From the NCBI GenBank assembly GCA_963693365.1, contig CAVNZM010000007.1:2093979-2157978 (forward strand): DNA of 64,000 bases. The letters run 5' to 3'. The number at the start of each line of letters is the position of its first letter. Position 1 is the stretch's first letter. The DNA comes from Amoebidium appalachense. Its lineage: Eukaryota; Protista; Ichthyosporea. Below, in pieces: positions 1-15,445 of the stretch. A program made the translations under genes and the position numbers. Below the pieces are notes generated by a model. It saw nothing but the letters and a program-made list of their open reading frames with translations, made no database searches and was not told where the DNA came from.

Positions 1-265
1 GGACCACCCTTGCATCACACCTTCCACCCCCTATATCCTCATTAAAACTACATACGAGTTTCACACCAGTAGTTTGGATGTTCTATTCTGATATATGGTG
101 TATTCTGATATTGAGCACTGGTTCATTTCACGAATTGTTCCGGATGGCCCATGGAAGTCTGCCCCGAAGTAATGCCTCCGTGCGAGCAGCTCAAGCTTCA
201 TGGCTTAGTAGGTATAGGCACAGTACAGACCACGTCGATGCTCACACAACCTGGGTTGCGAATAG

Positions 266-982
266 GGTCTGGTCCAGCGATTAAGGTTGAGAAGAAGCGC
301 CACGGTCGCAATGTTGTGCTGGTTGACGGTGTCCGCACTCCCTTCCAGATGTCTGGAACTGGGTGGGTCCCCCTACGGTTTGCTGTTGGCACGTGTCGTG
401 CTTGCTGTCTGGGTGTTTAACTTGTGTCAAGACTGCTACAGTAACTTGCTTGCTTATCCTTGCCCCCTGTCGTCCTCCCTCCTCTCTCCCTCACCAAGCA
501 GCCCCCCACACCTTTTTTCTTTTCCTTTCTCTTTAGACCCCACCTAAGCCATTATGCCCTTCCCCCCCCCCCCCCCCCCCCCCCGCCCCCCATCTTCCTC
601 CTATTCACATGAAAGCACATGCGCACAGCGAATCACTGCCGAGTTCACAGCTTTCTTGGCAACATTCTTTCTACACTTCTTTTTGTTGCAACGACATCAC
701 ACACGCAAACCCCCACCCCCCATTCCCACTCCCATCCCCCTCCACATCTTCGCCCCCTCCCCCCCTCCCCCCCCCTCCCCCCCCCCCCCCCCCTCCCCCC
801 CTTTCCCCAACTTACCCATTGGCTGTGCAGGTACACCGACCTGATGGCCTACGATCTTGCCCGGATGGCTCTTGCCGGGCTTGCCGACCGTCTGGACCTG
901 GACACCAAGATTGTCGACTATGTGCTGATGGGCACCGTCATCCAGGAGGCAAAGACAAGCAACATTGCCCGCGAGGTCTGTT

Positions 983-1015
<33 letters not shown>

Positions 1016-1297
1016 TGCCTCCTCCTGCGTGTGCGGTTTAAGTGCTCCTTTTGAGTAATATGCAATTTTTTGACCGCCGTGAGTGTACTATACGTACTCT
1101 GTAACACATGCTAATCCCCCCCCCTTCCCCCCCCCCCCCCCTCCCCCCCCCTCGTCACCCCCCCCCCCCCCCCCCCCCCCCGACGTGGGCCCCCCTGAGG
1201 ATGGGCTCTGCTTATTATGCATACTCTTTATGTATGGTTTGCATTCTGCATCGTGTTATCCGTTGTTCTTGTGTACTTCGTACTTTATGACGCATTC

Positions 1298-1333
<36 letters not shown>

Positions 1334-2157
1334 GGAGTGTACAAACTCTTCCTATGTGCCTGAGCAATTGTTTGAATGTGCATCCGTATATTTGTTTTGT
1401 GTTTGCTCAATCTGAATGCTTCCCATGCTTTCCACCCTATATCAAGATACATCCCCCTCCCCCCCCCCCCCCCCCCCCGCTCTCCCTGCGCGCACCCGCG
1501 CCTGTCTCCTTACATACATCCATCCGCAAGCACATACACCACCACCAAACCCAAAATAACACATTTACGGGCAAGAAAATAAGTTCTTCCTTGTTTCGGT
1601 TGAGATAGCATTAATACGGGCCACTGAGTGATGGCTTCTTGGTGCTGGATCAAGTGGTTTTATGTGCGTGGTTCTGCAAATTAGTTAAGTAATAAACAAG
1701 GGCATGGAGCTAGGAGATTGGAGGAGAGCATGTGATAGTGGTTTGGTGATGGTGACTGGCTGGGACTACCGCAGGCATCCCTTGCTGCCGGCTACCCGCT
1801 GAACGTGCCGTCCAACACTGTCACGCTCGCATGCATTTCCTCCAATGTTGCTGCGTTCAATGGTTACACCCCCCCCCCCCCCCCCCTAACCCCCACTGAC
1901 CCCCCCCACACCCACCTCCACGCACACACGTGCGCGTGCGCGCACGCATGCACATGTGCAGCAATAGCTAAGTCATTCGAATTATTATCTGCATAACATT
2001 CTCCCCCCCCTCCCCCCTCCCCCCCCCCTCGCCCTCCGTTTACAATTTAAAAAAATCTGATATTGCCCACACATTGCTATTACCGAAAGGCACAAGGACT
2101 CGAAAGTTTCCCGTTTTGCCTCGATTCTGGTGCCCTCTGTGCAGAACCTAACCCCGT

Positions 2158-2203
<46 letters not shown>

Positions 2204-3471
2204 GGGTTTTAAAATGTTGCCTTTGTTCGGTTCACTTTTGCACGGCTTGTTGCTAGCCTCTGCCGCCAGGCAGTATACACATGTCACTGCAACCTTTGAG
2301 GTCCTTACATGAAGTTCCCACTTCCCTCCAACGAGCTTGGCTTCGTTGTGTAAACTTGATATCCGTTGGTGTGAGAGAGTTGGGCACACGGGCGCTTCCC
2401 ATCGTTTCCCTCCCTCCCCCCCCCCCCCCCCCCCCCCCCCTCTCAAACAGACGCGAAAGGGGGAGGGGGGAGGGGGGGTTCCCTTATGCCTTGTGTACCT
2501 CGTTCTCTTCTGTCTTTGCTGCTGCTGCATCTCACCCTCGACAAAGTTTTTGACATCATGCATGCTCGTTCCTTTTGCGCACTTACCTAGCCATTGGTGT
2601 TGCAGCGGCCAACATGATTGCTGCCGGGCATGCGGACTGTGTTGTTGCTGGGGGTGTAGAGACCATGTCGGATGTGCCCATCCGCCTCAACCGCGCCATC
2701 AGAAAGGTTGCCATTAACTCCAAGAAGGTAAGAACCAAGCCCCCGCCTCACGTTCCTCCTCCTCACCCCCCCCCTCCCCCAAGCAGCAGCCTGGGTGGTG
2801 CCTGACATAACCATATCCCTGTTTAAATAGCTCTAAAACTGTGGTTGCCTGAGTAACTTGTGCGGGGATTTCAAAGCGGAGATCATCCCAATCCCCACCT
2901 CGCCTTCCCCCCCCACAGACACACAGACACACACCGTCTCCCCCCGCCCACTCACCCATCTCCTCCCGCCACACACTTTACCCCAAGTAGATGCCTGAAA
3001 CCACACCCATCAGCGCCCTTTGCATGGGGTGCAGGTTGGGCGGTCAAGAATCATTAGCCTGCACCTATTGTCACAGTTTGGTTCCATTTCACACACTGAC
3101 CTCTATCTCTGTTCCCCATGATTGCAGTACCAAGGGTTTGCCGGGATGGTTCGTGCCTTCCAGACCATCAGCAAGGGTGGTGGAGTAGGCATCGAGCTGC
3201 CGGCCATTGCCGAGTTCAGCACGTCGGAGGTGATGGGCCACAGTGCTGACCGGTTGGCTATTGCTTTTGGCGTCAGCAGGAAGGAACAGGATGACTTTGC
3301 CCTGCGCTCACACGTCAATGCTAAGAATGCGCAGGATAAGGGGTAGGTTGGTGTTTTGTTTTTGTTCTTGTGAGAGGGAAGGTTGTTGTGGTGTTTACAT
3401 GTGACCGCAAAGAACACGTATAGTTTGAGGGAATGGTGGACTTTGATGCAAGACAGCTCTCGGGAGAAGGG

Positions 3472-3506
<35 letters not shown>

Positions 3507-4028
3507 TCACACTTGAGTGTAGGGAATGCTAATCGTTTGATTTGTATGTGCCCCGGACGAGGGGGGAAGGGGGGGGGGGGGGGGGGGGGGTAAGAAAGGG
3601 CTGGCTGACTGGGATTTTTGGGTGTGCTGCTGTTTTTGGGTGTTTTAGTTTTTTGTGTATGGTGGGGAGGGGGGGGGGGGAGGGGGGAGATGCACCAATG
3701 CTTATGGGAAAGGTGGTAAGATGTAAGCGCGGTTTGTGCGTAATCAAGCTGTGTAGGTTATTTGGGGAATTGGGAGAGTTAGTAACTCCCTGCACTTTAC
3801 CATATCCCTTCAATTATTGAGCTGACGCTGTTTTTAGGTACCTGAGCGACGTGATCCCCGTCAAGGTGCCTGGCAGCTCCAAGTACATCACGCAGGACAA
3901 CGGCATCCGGACAAGCACCCCAGAGAAGCTGGCCACCCTCAAGCCCGCATTCATCAAGCCCTATGGCAACGTCACTGCTGCAAACGCTTCATTCTTGGTA
4001 TGGTTCGAAGAGTTCAAGAAAGAGGGAG

Positions 4029-4090
<62 letters not shown>

Positions 4091-4151
4091 GGTAAAGTCA
4101 ACGCGCCATTTGGTGAAAATGGATGAAGACCGAAAGAAAAAGGGTGGAGAA

Positions 4152-4187
<36 letters not shown>

Positions 4188-4517
4188 GGTATGGAGGGCT
4201 GTCGGTTGATGTAATGGAGAATGAAGCTGAGTACTAGAAACAAGAGGCTAGACTGTATGGTTTGATGAGCCGGAGTGAGTCTGGTGTGTGTGGTGTGGCT
4301 GGGAAGGTAGGCTTGAGAGCGGGGGGAGGGGGGGGGGGGGGGGAGTGAGGCTTTTGAGGTTGGTTGGCAGCTAGGACGGTCAGGACTAAAATTTTTATAT
4401 TGGGCAGACGGATGGTGCGTCTGCCTGTCTGATCATGTCCGAGGAGAAGGCCCTGGCCATGGGCTACAAGCCAAAGGTACATTTCTCTCTCTCTCTCTCT
4501 CTCGCTCTCTCTCTCTC

Positions 4518-4558
<41 letters not shown>

Positions 4559-5126
4559 CCCCGCCCCCCCCCAAAAAATCCCTATCTCTACCCCTTAGTC
4601 ACTCTCCACTTCGTCCTCCCCTCTTCCCGCTCTCTTCACTGCCTCCTCGCTCCCCTCATCTTTTCCTTCCATGCACACTCCAAAAATGATCTGTTACATG
4701 GTATGAGTTGTGCTAGAGGTAGGAATGTGCAGTGTTTCGAGGGGGCAGCAAACCAACAGGTGTCCTCCACTCTTGGGTTGCTGCAGAGAATGTGTCCGTG
4801 CATTGAGATGCTTCTGTTAGTTGTCGTTTATCTCAGAAAGGTGACAACCTGGGCTCTTCCCTGTGCTCCCCTTGGTTATGCTTTCTTTCTTTCATACCTC
4901 TGCAGCATGAAGTTATTGGTGCCCATGTCGCCACATGCACTTGCATTCTCTGCCTGAACATGGCGCGCGCACGCACACACACACACACACGCCTGCCCCA
5001 TCCCGGCCCGCTGTATGAGTTGGGCCTTCCCATCATGTCAAAATTGCATGTGTTTTGCATGTTTGCTTTTGTGTTTCGTCATCTTTTAACCCTCCCCCTC
5101 CCCCCCCCCCCCCCCCAAAAAAAAAA

Positions 5127-5174
<48 letters not shown>

Positions 5175-6085
5175 CGTACCTGCGCGAGTGTGTGTTTGTT
5201 TCGCAGGACCCCAAGGAGGAGCTCCTTCTAGGCCCCGCCTTTGCCACAGCCAAGGTTCTCAACAAGGCCGGGCTTGGGATGAAGGACATTGACGTTGCTG
5301 AGTTCCATGAGGCATTTGCTGGTCAGGTCCTGGCCAACCTGACGGCACTCGACAGCCAGAAGTTCTGCACGGAGAAGATCGGCACCAGCGGTATGTCTTG
5401 ACACCTCCGTTACACATACACATGCACACGCCACATACACACAAACCAGGACTCAAACACAAAATTGAGACACACACGCACGTAAACACACACAAACACG
5501 TTTTATCACCACACCCCTCCCAGTCCCCAATCTGTGGCCTTTGTGAGCCCGCACACATGCAGGCGTGCTCTACGGAGCATTTAGGATGCCCCGTGTTTAT
5601 TTGGTTTCTCGTATCTCTTACATATCTCATGACCTACCATGTTGACCTCTTACACTGAAGCAATGTGTGCTTCACCCTAACTGCGTGCTCACTCATAAAA
5701 ATAATACGCGGTCAGAATTGCAGCTCAGTCCTGTTCCCCCCCCCCCCCCCCCCCCCCCCCCGGACTGCCACCCGCCTCTTTCTGCTCATACTCCGAAGTA
5801 CATGATCTTGCATTCCCCCTCCCCCTCCTCGCGGCGTCTCACACGCACTAACGCCTTCATTTGTTACAATGTGCAGACAAGGTTGGTGCGCCAGCCATGG
5901 ACAAGCTCAACAACTGGGGTGGTTCCCTCTCCATCGGCCACCCGTTTGGTGCCACGGGTGTGCGCCTGCTCACGGCGGCAGCAAACCGCCTGCAACATGA
6001 AAACGGACAGTATGCTTTGATTGCTGCTTGCGCTGCCGGCGGCCAGGCCGTGGGTGCTATTGTGGAACGTTACCCCAGCGCATAA
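266..6085 (+). CDS. HADHB: Mitochondrial trifunctional enzyme beta subunit / 3-ketoacyl-CoA thiolase, spliced; the N-terminal exon(s) probably lie upstream of the window
   Basis: GT-AG exons in consistent phase: ~266-362, 831-975, 1775-1862, 2606-2727, 3128-3342, 3838-3997, 4408-4476, 5174-5390, 5877-6085 (TAA). Thiolase motifs: [15 protein letters not shown], active-site [60 protein letters not shown] (HADHB-type), [13 protein letters not shown]. Confidence 0.93.
1061..1115 (+). repeat. Intronic repeat family A, 3' fragment followed by poly(C)
   Basis: Its reverse complement aligns by eye with 44107-44163 (gtgtt(a/g)cagagt...ca(c/t)tcacg(g/a)cgg(t/a)caa). Confidence 0.55.
1182..1300 (+). 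repeat. Intronic repeat family A copy (thiolase intron 2), followed by poly(C)
   Basis: Near-identical (about 5 differences by eye) to the reverse complement of 41986-42106. Confidence 0.9.
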
Positions 6086-6721
6086 ACTTGTATTGATGTT
6101 GATGATATATGTATGTGATAGAAGGAATGGAACCCAACAACCAAATATTCCACTGATATAGAAGTTTTTATGTGCGAGTTTATCAATAAGCCTGCAAATC
6201 ATCCACACCACTTTCCCTCTTTCCTATGTGTGCCGTCCCAGATATTCAAGGTTTCTCAAAGCACGTACATGCATAAGATACGGGGAGGACGGAGGAGGTA
6301 TATGTGAGATGGGAGCAGGGTTTGAAACACGGAATGCGTGAATGCCGCTGGCTTGGCATCATGTTCTGCTGTGCAGTCTGTGTTGTAATGTACATAAGTC
6401 ACCTGTGGCCCCTGTGGCTGAAGTAAAGTCTTGTACTAAGTGCACACACCCGTGCTTTTTGTTGTTCCCGGGAATGTGTCACAGGATAATAATTATCAGA
6501 GGTATCCACCCCCCCCCCCCTCTCCCCGCAGTACCACTCCCGGCCTCCCCTGCACCATCACCACCTCTCCTCCTCTACGGGGTCTAAACTGGTGGATGGC
6601 CATCTGATTCACCTAAGCGTGGAATATGTGCACGTATCTAAAGATTTCCTTTGCGCTCTTGAGGCCATACAGGCCAGGCTGTGTATTTCAAATTGCACAG
6701 TGGTGGCTTTTTTTTTTTTTT

Positions 6722-6762
<41 letters not shown>

Positions 6763-7341
6763 TCGAAAGAAGACTGACGGAGATAGGAGCACGCACCAGC
6801 AAGGAAGCCTGAACCAGGGCTGCTGTTTGGAAAAATAGGGAAAATATGGTGGTTGTTTTCAAAGGTCTATGCTTAGTGCGGCGCAAGTAATATTAGATCT
6901 TCGATCGAACGTCAATGTACATAATGATCTACCGTAAATGCGTCATAAGATCACAGTGTGTGCGTACCACGCCTCGCCGCCTGTGGCGCCTCCAAGAGCA
7001 ATGATGAATTATTCTAATCATGTGACGGTCTTTCCCCCCCCATATTTTAGGTGCACGTGTAGTCTCCCTATAGGCTTTGACAATGTACCCATGGCGCCAC
7101 TTGCTTACCGTGTGGCCGGGCCTTAGTAAGTAATAAAAGGTATGCTAAAAAAGTGGCCGCAGGGAGCACTAAATGTGGCTACAATGTCCACGTGCCGAAG
7201 TTACGAAACACCGACGTCATACACTTAGGCCCTTAGCCTATCTCATTCAGAGGCCGCCCCACATGCCATACGGTAACTTGTCTGTGCACATGCATGAAGT
7301 TAAACTTCAGAATCTCTAAGTTACTTCATGGCGGCGGCCCA

Positions 7342-7402
<61 letters not shown>

Positions 7403-7774
7403 TAACCCACCCCTGGCCCAACCCTCTTCCCCGGGGTGCGTCGTTAATTCAGAGCTGCAGCCTTCAGATTATCTGTATTGTACGTACTCTCCCTCCGAAA
7501 AATGTATCAAGTTCATTATTATTAAATATAATGTGACTGTAAGGTTGCAGTATTGACACATGCAGTCATTGACCCGTTGCATAATTATTGTCTACACACT
7601 CTAGACGCAATATTCAGTACTTTTTGGTATTACTAACCGTAACCGTAACCGTTGTTATAAAAAATTGTGTAATGTGTGCCTGTGCACGCACGCGCGTTTC
7701 CTCTATGTAGCTGTACTACATGAATGCATATAGTATTGGTGGTGTTGGTGGTGGTGTATGCATGCGTGCATGCG

Positions 7775-7825
<51 letters not shown>

Positions 7826-8258
7826 ACGCATGTCTGTGTGCGCGTGGGGAGGGTTGGAGGGGGGAGAGAGCTCGAGAGAGAATATCATGAGTGGCTGCCC
7901 GTTGTATGGTGCACTATTTTGGCAAGGTAATTTATGTATATTCTCACTCTGTGGTCACAGACCAACAGAAACACCGGATATGTAGGGCAACTACCATGAC
8001 AATATAAAACGACAGCATAAAACCATTGTACAGTACCATGATACATCATTGATCTATTGTGATTTGTACCCTTTCTTGCTGCAAATCTAGAATTTGTAGG
8101 TGTTGAAAATATCAAAAACTACCACAAATACAAATAATGTTCATTCTTTCTATCTGTCCCCCAACACAGATATCCCCACAATCGGAATGACATCCTAGAT
8201 TTCGGAAAATAACCAACACCATCATACATACACCGGTTAACTTAAATTTAAGTACACA

Positions 8259-8294
<36 letters not shown>

Positions 8295-8865
8295 AACACA
8301 CGCGCACGTGCACGCACACAAACAACCCAAAAAAAAAAAAAAAAAAAAAAAAAAGGGAAAGAGAACGAAAGGAGAGGAAAAAAAAAAAAAAAAGAGAAAG
8401 AAAAGCCGAAAACACAAACACACCCACAGGCAAACAAACACACACAACAAGACCGTAATGCAAAAACTATATAGCAGTCTAGGCATGTAGTGCGGACGGT
8501 CACAAAAGATCCGTCACCACAACACCAACATACTATTAAAACACGCCGCATACGAGATATATGTAAGCTCTGTTGAAAGTGAGGAGGGAGCAAACAAAGT
8601 AACAAGCAAACATATAAAACGTAGCAGTAGATAAGAAGGAAAAACAAAAAACACTGCCCGTAGTAGAGCAGAGCATACGACAGCAGGAATAATATATCCG
8701 CCGAGCAGGTAACCCGGTGTTCCTCATCGATAAATGGTCCCTTTCATACGAGCCTGGTGAAAAAGAAAATATTAGATGAAAGACTGAAGGATTTCCCCCC
8801 CTCCCCCTCCTCTCCCCGCCCTCCCCCCCCCCCCCCCCCCCCCCCCCCCTCCCCAACCCCCAAGA

Positions 8866-8980
8866 ACACGGACACCTATAGACACACACGGACACACACA
8901 CGGACACACACACGGACACACACACGGACACCTATAGACACACACGGACACACACACGGACACACACACGGACACACACA
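8866..8980. repeat. Minisatellite of ~12-nt acacggacacac units with a repeated gacacctata variant
   Basis: Tandem units directly visible; higher-order period of about 58 nt. Confidence 0.8.
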
Positions 8981-9327
8981 CAGGCACACGTGCACGCCTT
9001 CGCACACCCTCTCTTCCACCCACCCACCCACCCACCCACCCAAACCCACCACCACCATCAACTTCACGCAAGACCCCAAGCTTTCATCCAACCTCATTTT
9101 CCTTTCCTTCACAGACACATGCATCCCAACATTTGCTCAAAGCAACATATACCACAATCTTCCACACCATGTGTGCCAACAAATGGATAGCTATGTGTGA
9201 TGATTCACAAAATGTTCAAAGGTTGATCATATATGCAACTTGTGTGTGTTGAGTGTTGCGCATGAGCATGCGATTCTGACGTGCTTTACCCGCTCCCCCC
9301 ATCCCTGGCTCATCCTCGGGTTATCCG

Positions 9328-9363
<36 letters not shown>

Positions 9364-9701
9364 CCATCCCCATCCCCCCCTCCCCACTTCCCCCCTCCCC
9401 CCTCCCTGTGTCTGTGGATGCATGTTTGCGTTACTGAACGAAGAAGGGAAGGAGGAGTGGGGGGGTGGGGGAGGGATGGCATATGGACATTACCAGAACA
9501 CGCAGACACAAGCACAAAGAGGTTGGGTGTTTGTGTGTTTTTCTGCCCCCTTCCTGTCAGAACAACCACTGCCACACTCCGATTCACACCCACACATACC
9601 ACGTACATGCGTACATAACGCAACCCCCCCCCCCCCCAAAAAAAAAAAAAAAAAAAAAAAAACCACGAGCATAATAAGTGAAGAAAACAGAATGCTTACC
9701 C

Positions 9702-11246
9702 TCACGCATGCTGTGGTGCCGCGATATGCATCGAACTCCGCACAGGAACTTGCCCCTGCCCCTCCATTCCCTGTTCACCCCCCATGGGTTTTGGCGATGG
9801 AATTTGCTGTCCGATTAGCGATCTCCTACCGGGGGTTAACATATGTCCCGAATATTGATCCGTATGATGCGTCTCGTGAGTTTGAAGGGACGCTCCGTCA
9901 TCGGTGACATTTGTAAACGCCGGAGATCTCATCGATCCGTAATCGCTCCTCTGATCGATACTATCGGATCTCACAACGATCGGATCTTCCCCCTCCCGGT
10001 ACAGACCCGACCCCACCCTGCCCACTCCGAGGCGATGGAGTATACTGTGGGTTTTCTGCCCCGCTGTGCATATACACGTATTGGGTGGAGGGGTGGGGGG
10101 TGCGAAATTCCGTGGGGGGGTGCATGCGACAACGGGTTATTGTTCCCCCCAACATGCGAAATATTCGGGTTATTATGTCGCGAATTGTGCGAACTACCAT
10201 CGCTCACTTCGCCCGTGACGCTTATCCTCGGGGTGTTAGCGTTGGGGTTAGTGTTATTCATCGTACCGGCATTCGGGCTGTTCCCCCAAGACCCAACCTG
10301 TGGCAATCTGTGTGGAGCGAGGCCCCCGTTCTGATCGGTGGGTTGTGGGGGATTCCTGTGCTGCGGAGCCGGTTGGTATTGCCCGTTTTGTGGGTGTTGG
10401 TGTTGTGGTAGGTGGGGTGGTTGTTGGTAGCGTTGTGGTGGTGATGGTCTCTGAGCCATATTCCCGTGGGATTCGGAGTGTAACATAACTATGTTTTGTG
10501 GGTGTGGGGCGTAGTTTACACCCGGCATGTTTGGGTGTGTTCTAGGGCTGGGTGTGTGATTGGGGGGAGGATTAGACCCTAGGCCCGGCTCAGACAGACG
10601 ACCCCTTGGAACCATAACGACCGTGGATGGTTGGGCGTGAGGAGGGTAAGAGGAACGTCTCATTCCGTCGACTGGAACCATTTGCACCCACTCCGGCCCC
10701 CCATGATGATTGGGCGGCGGAGGTCCCGGAATGCGAACCACGCGGCGCATGGTGGGGGGAGGGCGATCGGGGGGATCCATGGTCCCTCGCAAATCCATTC
10801 GATGGTGGAAACTTGCATACGCCCGACGCCTATCAATCGCGTTTCCGGACCCGTCGACAAATCTCCGATACACCAAAATCCGCTGCGGAGGCGGGGGTCT
10901 TTCAGACCTCTGCACACTAATACCCCGTGGATAGTCACCTGGGTAGGGGGGGTTCATTTCCGGACCGTGGGAATTTTGCCAATTATAGCTGTCCGTAGGG
11001 GGGTTGGGGTCCGAGTAGTGTCTTGTGACAGCCGGCCGTGCGAGGTCTGGGGTCTGTGATGGATTTCCCGATCTCTGTTGTTGGTATGCAATATCTCCGG
11101 GTGGGGGGAGGGGGGTCTATAGCCCGGTCGGTATGCAAGCGGTGCGGAGTGGGGTCGGTGCTCTGACCAGTCGGGTGCCTGGGTGAATATAAATGTGTCA
11201 GTGTCTAAGCTATGGGATCAAACCCCCCCCCCCCCCCCCCCCCCCC

Positions 11247-11327
<81 letters not shown>

Positions 11328-12694
11328 ACAAAAAAAAAAACAAAAAAAAACCTGTCCCCACACCCACCCACACAAACAAAACAAGAAAAAAGAAAAAGAA
11401 AAAGGGAAACAAAAGCAGATGCTTCTTCAAGATCCTCCCCCCCCCCCCCCCCCCCCTCCCCTCCCAACAACCCTCCCCCTCCCCCTTCCCCTCCCCCCCA
11501 AACAACAACACCCACCCACCCACCCACCCACCCACCTGCACATATTCACCATCCATCGTTACCCCCTCCCCCTCCGCCTCCCACGGTCTCACAATAGGCG
11601 ACGGTGCCCCATACTGGTTCACATGTTGGCCGTAGGGGGAGGGAGACCTCCCCTCACTCCCCATAGACATCCTCTGGCCCCGCACGTGCGGGCTCGCATG
11701 CTGCGCGTGTTCTTGGGGGGGTCCGTAGAACAAAGAAACCCCCCGAGCCCTATCCCCACCACCCATACCACCAGCCCCGCGTGCGTCCCTCCCTTCCTGT
11801 GTGTGTCTATCTGGGCCGTCATCTGACCACCTTCTCTCCCTTTCTGATTGGACGGCGGAATAGTCCCACCCGTCTTGTTCATTGGTGTACTCGCCGTCCC
11901 TGGCATAGTTGACGGAATTGGGATTAAGGGCGCGCGGATCGTCGTAATCGGAGTGGCGATTGTACATGGGTCCGCGATTGTACGATTGTTGTTGTTGTTG
12001 TTGGCTGTAGTTGTTGGCTTCTTCATCTTCGCGCCGAACTTCACTCTCCTGCAATGGTTAAGGTAGTAAAATGTGTGAGTTTTGGAAGTTTGAGAAAATA
12101 GTGGCGGTGGTGTGGATACAGTGCATAAGCAACATGCCAAGCGGGGGTTGGGTTAGCTTCTGGTTTGATTTTATTCCTAATTCGTTGGTTTGGTGGTGTG
12201 CGTTTAACAGTTACAGCTAGTTCCCTCCTTCCCCCCTCCCCCTCCCCCCTTCTTTTCTCTCTCTCTCTCTCTCTGTGTGTGTGTGCGTGCGCTTGTGTTC
12301 CACGGCGGTTTAGGGGGAGGCATAAGGGAGTAACAATAAAAAAGGCGGAACAATGCCCCTCCCCCACCCCCCCTCCCCTCCACCCATCCACACACACACC
12401 CACACACAAAAAAAAACAAAAAACAACGGAAAGGCAACCAACACCTTTATAAAGCAAAGCAACGCTCGAACAAGGTGATGGTCGCGGCGGTGGTACTATG
12501 CGTGCCTGTGCGTGCGCGTATGTATGTGTGTGTTTTAGTGTGCGTGTGTTTATCTGCACGTGCTTTACTGATGGAGTGTGTATGTGTATTTTAGTGAGTG
12601 TGTTGTATGTATGCGTGTGTATCTCTATTTGTGTGTGTTTCTAGTTTGCGAACGTGCGCATGTGTGTGTCAGTGCATGCATGTGCTTGCACGTG

Positions 12695-12757
<63 letters not shown>

Positions 12758-14520
12758 ATTCATGTGCATGTGTGCAATCACCACACACCTGCTGGCTCTG
12801 ACCTTCCCACCGTTGTTGCTGCCACTCCCCTGCGTTCCCCCCCTCCACCTCCCCCTGCCCCTGCCCCCATCCCTCTTCCTCACGTGTCTGCCTTTCATCC
12901 TCTCTCCCCGTCCCCTCGTTTTCGTTTTGCATCTCTCCTTCCCTTTCTTTCCTTCCCTCCACACGTTCTCCTCCTTCACCCATCACGTCGCCGCTCACAT
13001 TATCCCCTCCTCCGCTCACATTTTCCAAGTTTTCCGAACGCATTCGTTTCGCCCCTTGCCCCATGGCACTTACGATGTTGGTCGAATTTGAGCGTTCTCG
13101 CTTTGAAACTTCGTTTTTATCCCCGCCACCGGTACCGCTGGTTACGCTTTGGGGGGGGTCTAACAGCCGGAAATTCCTCTGTTCCTGAAGTGTCCCCCCC
13201 GTCGTCATTTTCAGTTGTCGGTGCGGCGGGTTGTGCAGTGAGTGGGGAAGAAACACTTTTGTTTGTTACGTCAGGCGTATCGGCGAGGTTGGGGGTTGAT
13301 GCGGATTTTTCTTTGCGCGGTTTCTTGGTTCTGTGGGCAGGTGCCGAATTCGGCATTGACGTGTCCTGTTGGGAAGCAAAAACAGTGAGAAATTATGACG
13401 AAGGGGTGGGCGAGGGAAAGGTGACTGCTGGGGAGTTGTGCCCAAACAAAAAAGAGAAGGACAAGATTTTTTATGTCTTGCTTTACTTTTTTTTTCCTTG
13501 GGGCGGGGAGGGGGGAGGTCGTCGGCTGTAACCCCAAAACAACTGTATTCACTAGATTGCTTGGAAAACCATCCATACAGCCCACCCCACATACACCCAC
13601 ACGTCCACCCCACGTGCAAACACAACACAACACACACAACCCCCCCACAAGCACAAAAGCACACAAGAACCCCCCCCCCCCCCCCACACACACACACGTA
13701 CACCCACCCACCCACCCACCTGCTCGTTGCCCTGAGATGACCTTTCAGAATTCACTGCCCTTCTTATCCTCCCCCCCTCGGCCCTCACATGACTCGTGCG
13801 CCCGTTCGACGCAGTTTCACCCGTCTCGTTTTCACGTTCCCCCACCACACCGCTATCCTTTTGTCTCAGAGATTTTTCCTCTTCCTCCCTTCCCTTCTCA
13901 CCCCTCTCTTCCTCTTTTCCCTTTTGTCTTTCCCTTTTGTTTCTCTCCGTTCTCCCAACAGCACCCGCGCTCGTTCTGGGACTTTGCGTGTCTGCGTTCG
14001 GTTGAGGCATGTGTACGGCGCTGTCTCGTTTTCTTCGTGAAGAGTTCAATTCCGCCGTTTCCCTTTTCTCCTTTTCCCTCTTTTCCTTTGCTCTTTTCTT
14101 GGAACCAAACGTTAACCTGAGGACCAAATGTGGTGTTTTTTGTTGTGTTTCCTCTCCCTCTTCCCCCTCTTCCTCTTCTTCTTTCCCGTCTTCCCCTTCA
14201 CTCTCTCCACCAACCTCGCTTGCACGTTCCGACCCCTTATCCACATGCGCATTTTCACTCTCACTATCATTCGAAACCGGTTTTTCATCCACCAATTTCC
14301 CGGTTTTTTGTGTTTCCGTAAGCGGAGGTGACGGGGACCCGCTAACAGTTTCCCTCTTCGGCCCGGCAGACATGAGCGGACTCGGGTCAGGTTTCGGTTC
14401 GGAGGTTACCGGGTCGTGGGTCGGGAGGCCCGAACCGGGAGTCGACTCTGTGGGTGTGGAGGGAATGCTCCCTGATGCTTGAAACGCTAAGGAAGAGGGG
14501 GAGGAGTGGAGAATGGTAAT

Positions 14521-14562
<42 letters not shown>

Positions 14563-15411
14563 GTTGAGGGGAATAGGATGTGGAGAAGGGTGATGGGAGT
14601 GGAATGGGTGGTGGTGACGGGTTGTGGGGTTGGGGGGGGGGGGGGGGGGGGGGGGGGGTCGGGGTGTTGAGGGGAATAGGATGTGGAGAAGGGTGATGGG
14701 AGTGGAATGGGTGGTGGTGACGGGTTGTGGGGTTTGGGGGGGGGGAGGGGGGGGGGGGGGGGGGGGGTCGAGCATTGTCAGTTGAAAAATCCATCGACAG
14801 TTTCTTGGCCCTCAATCAACAGACAAGCAAACAAACAGAACAATAGAATAAAATGAAATAAATGAGAGGAAATGAAATGAAATGTATCAGAAAGAAACAA
14901 GAACCCAGCATAGCCACAGACACCCACGTAACAGGGCGTACCAGGAGAAACAACAAATTGCAACCACCCCCCCCCCCCCAAAAAGGCCCATCATCCCGCC
15001 CACCCCTCCCCACAACCCCTGCCCCAACTCACTCCTCCCTCCCGCTAAACCCTCCCTTTCCACACTCACCGCAACCACATCATCCCTTCTCCCCCCCCCC
15101 CCCCCCCCCCCACCACCTCCCGCTCCCCCCCCTTCCCTCAATCCCCCCTCCCCATACCCGCATCAACCACCCCACTTACCCGGTTTCTTAGCTGAAGGCC
15201 TACTGTTTGTCTTCTTTAGTGATCGCGGTGCACCATCTGTTGTTTCATGTTTGTGTGCGGTGGGTGGCGGTGCGGAGGAGTCTTCCAATTGGGTAACAAT
15301 CATGCCCTTGAGTTCACGCGCCTGCTCTACACTCACCACCTGTTGCTCCGTGATCCATTCGTCATACCTGTGTGTGTGTACGTGTGTACGTGTGTGTGCG
15401 TGTGTGTGAGT

Positions 15412-15445
<34 letters not shown>

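Noticed and set aside
7634-7651. (taaccg)3 telomere-like repeat
   Set aside because: Only three units and internal; insufficient evidence.
13140-13165. Apparent frameshift in the ARID4-like gene (also near 10.0-10.1 kb, and near 29.7 kb in the lipase gene)
   Set aside because: The breaks fall in or near G/C homopolymer runs and are best explained as sequencing or assembly indels, not programmed frameshifting.
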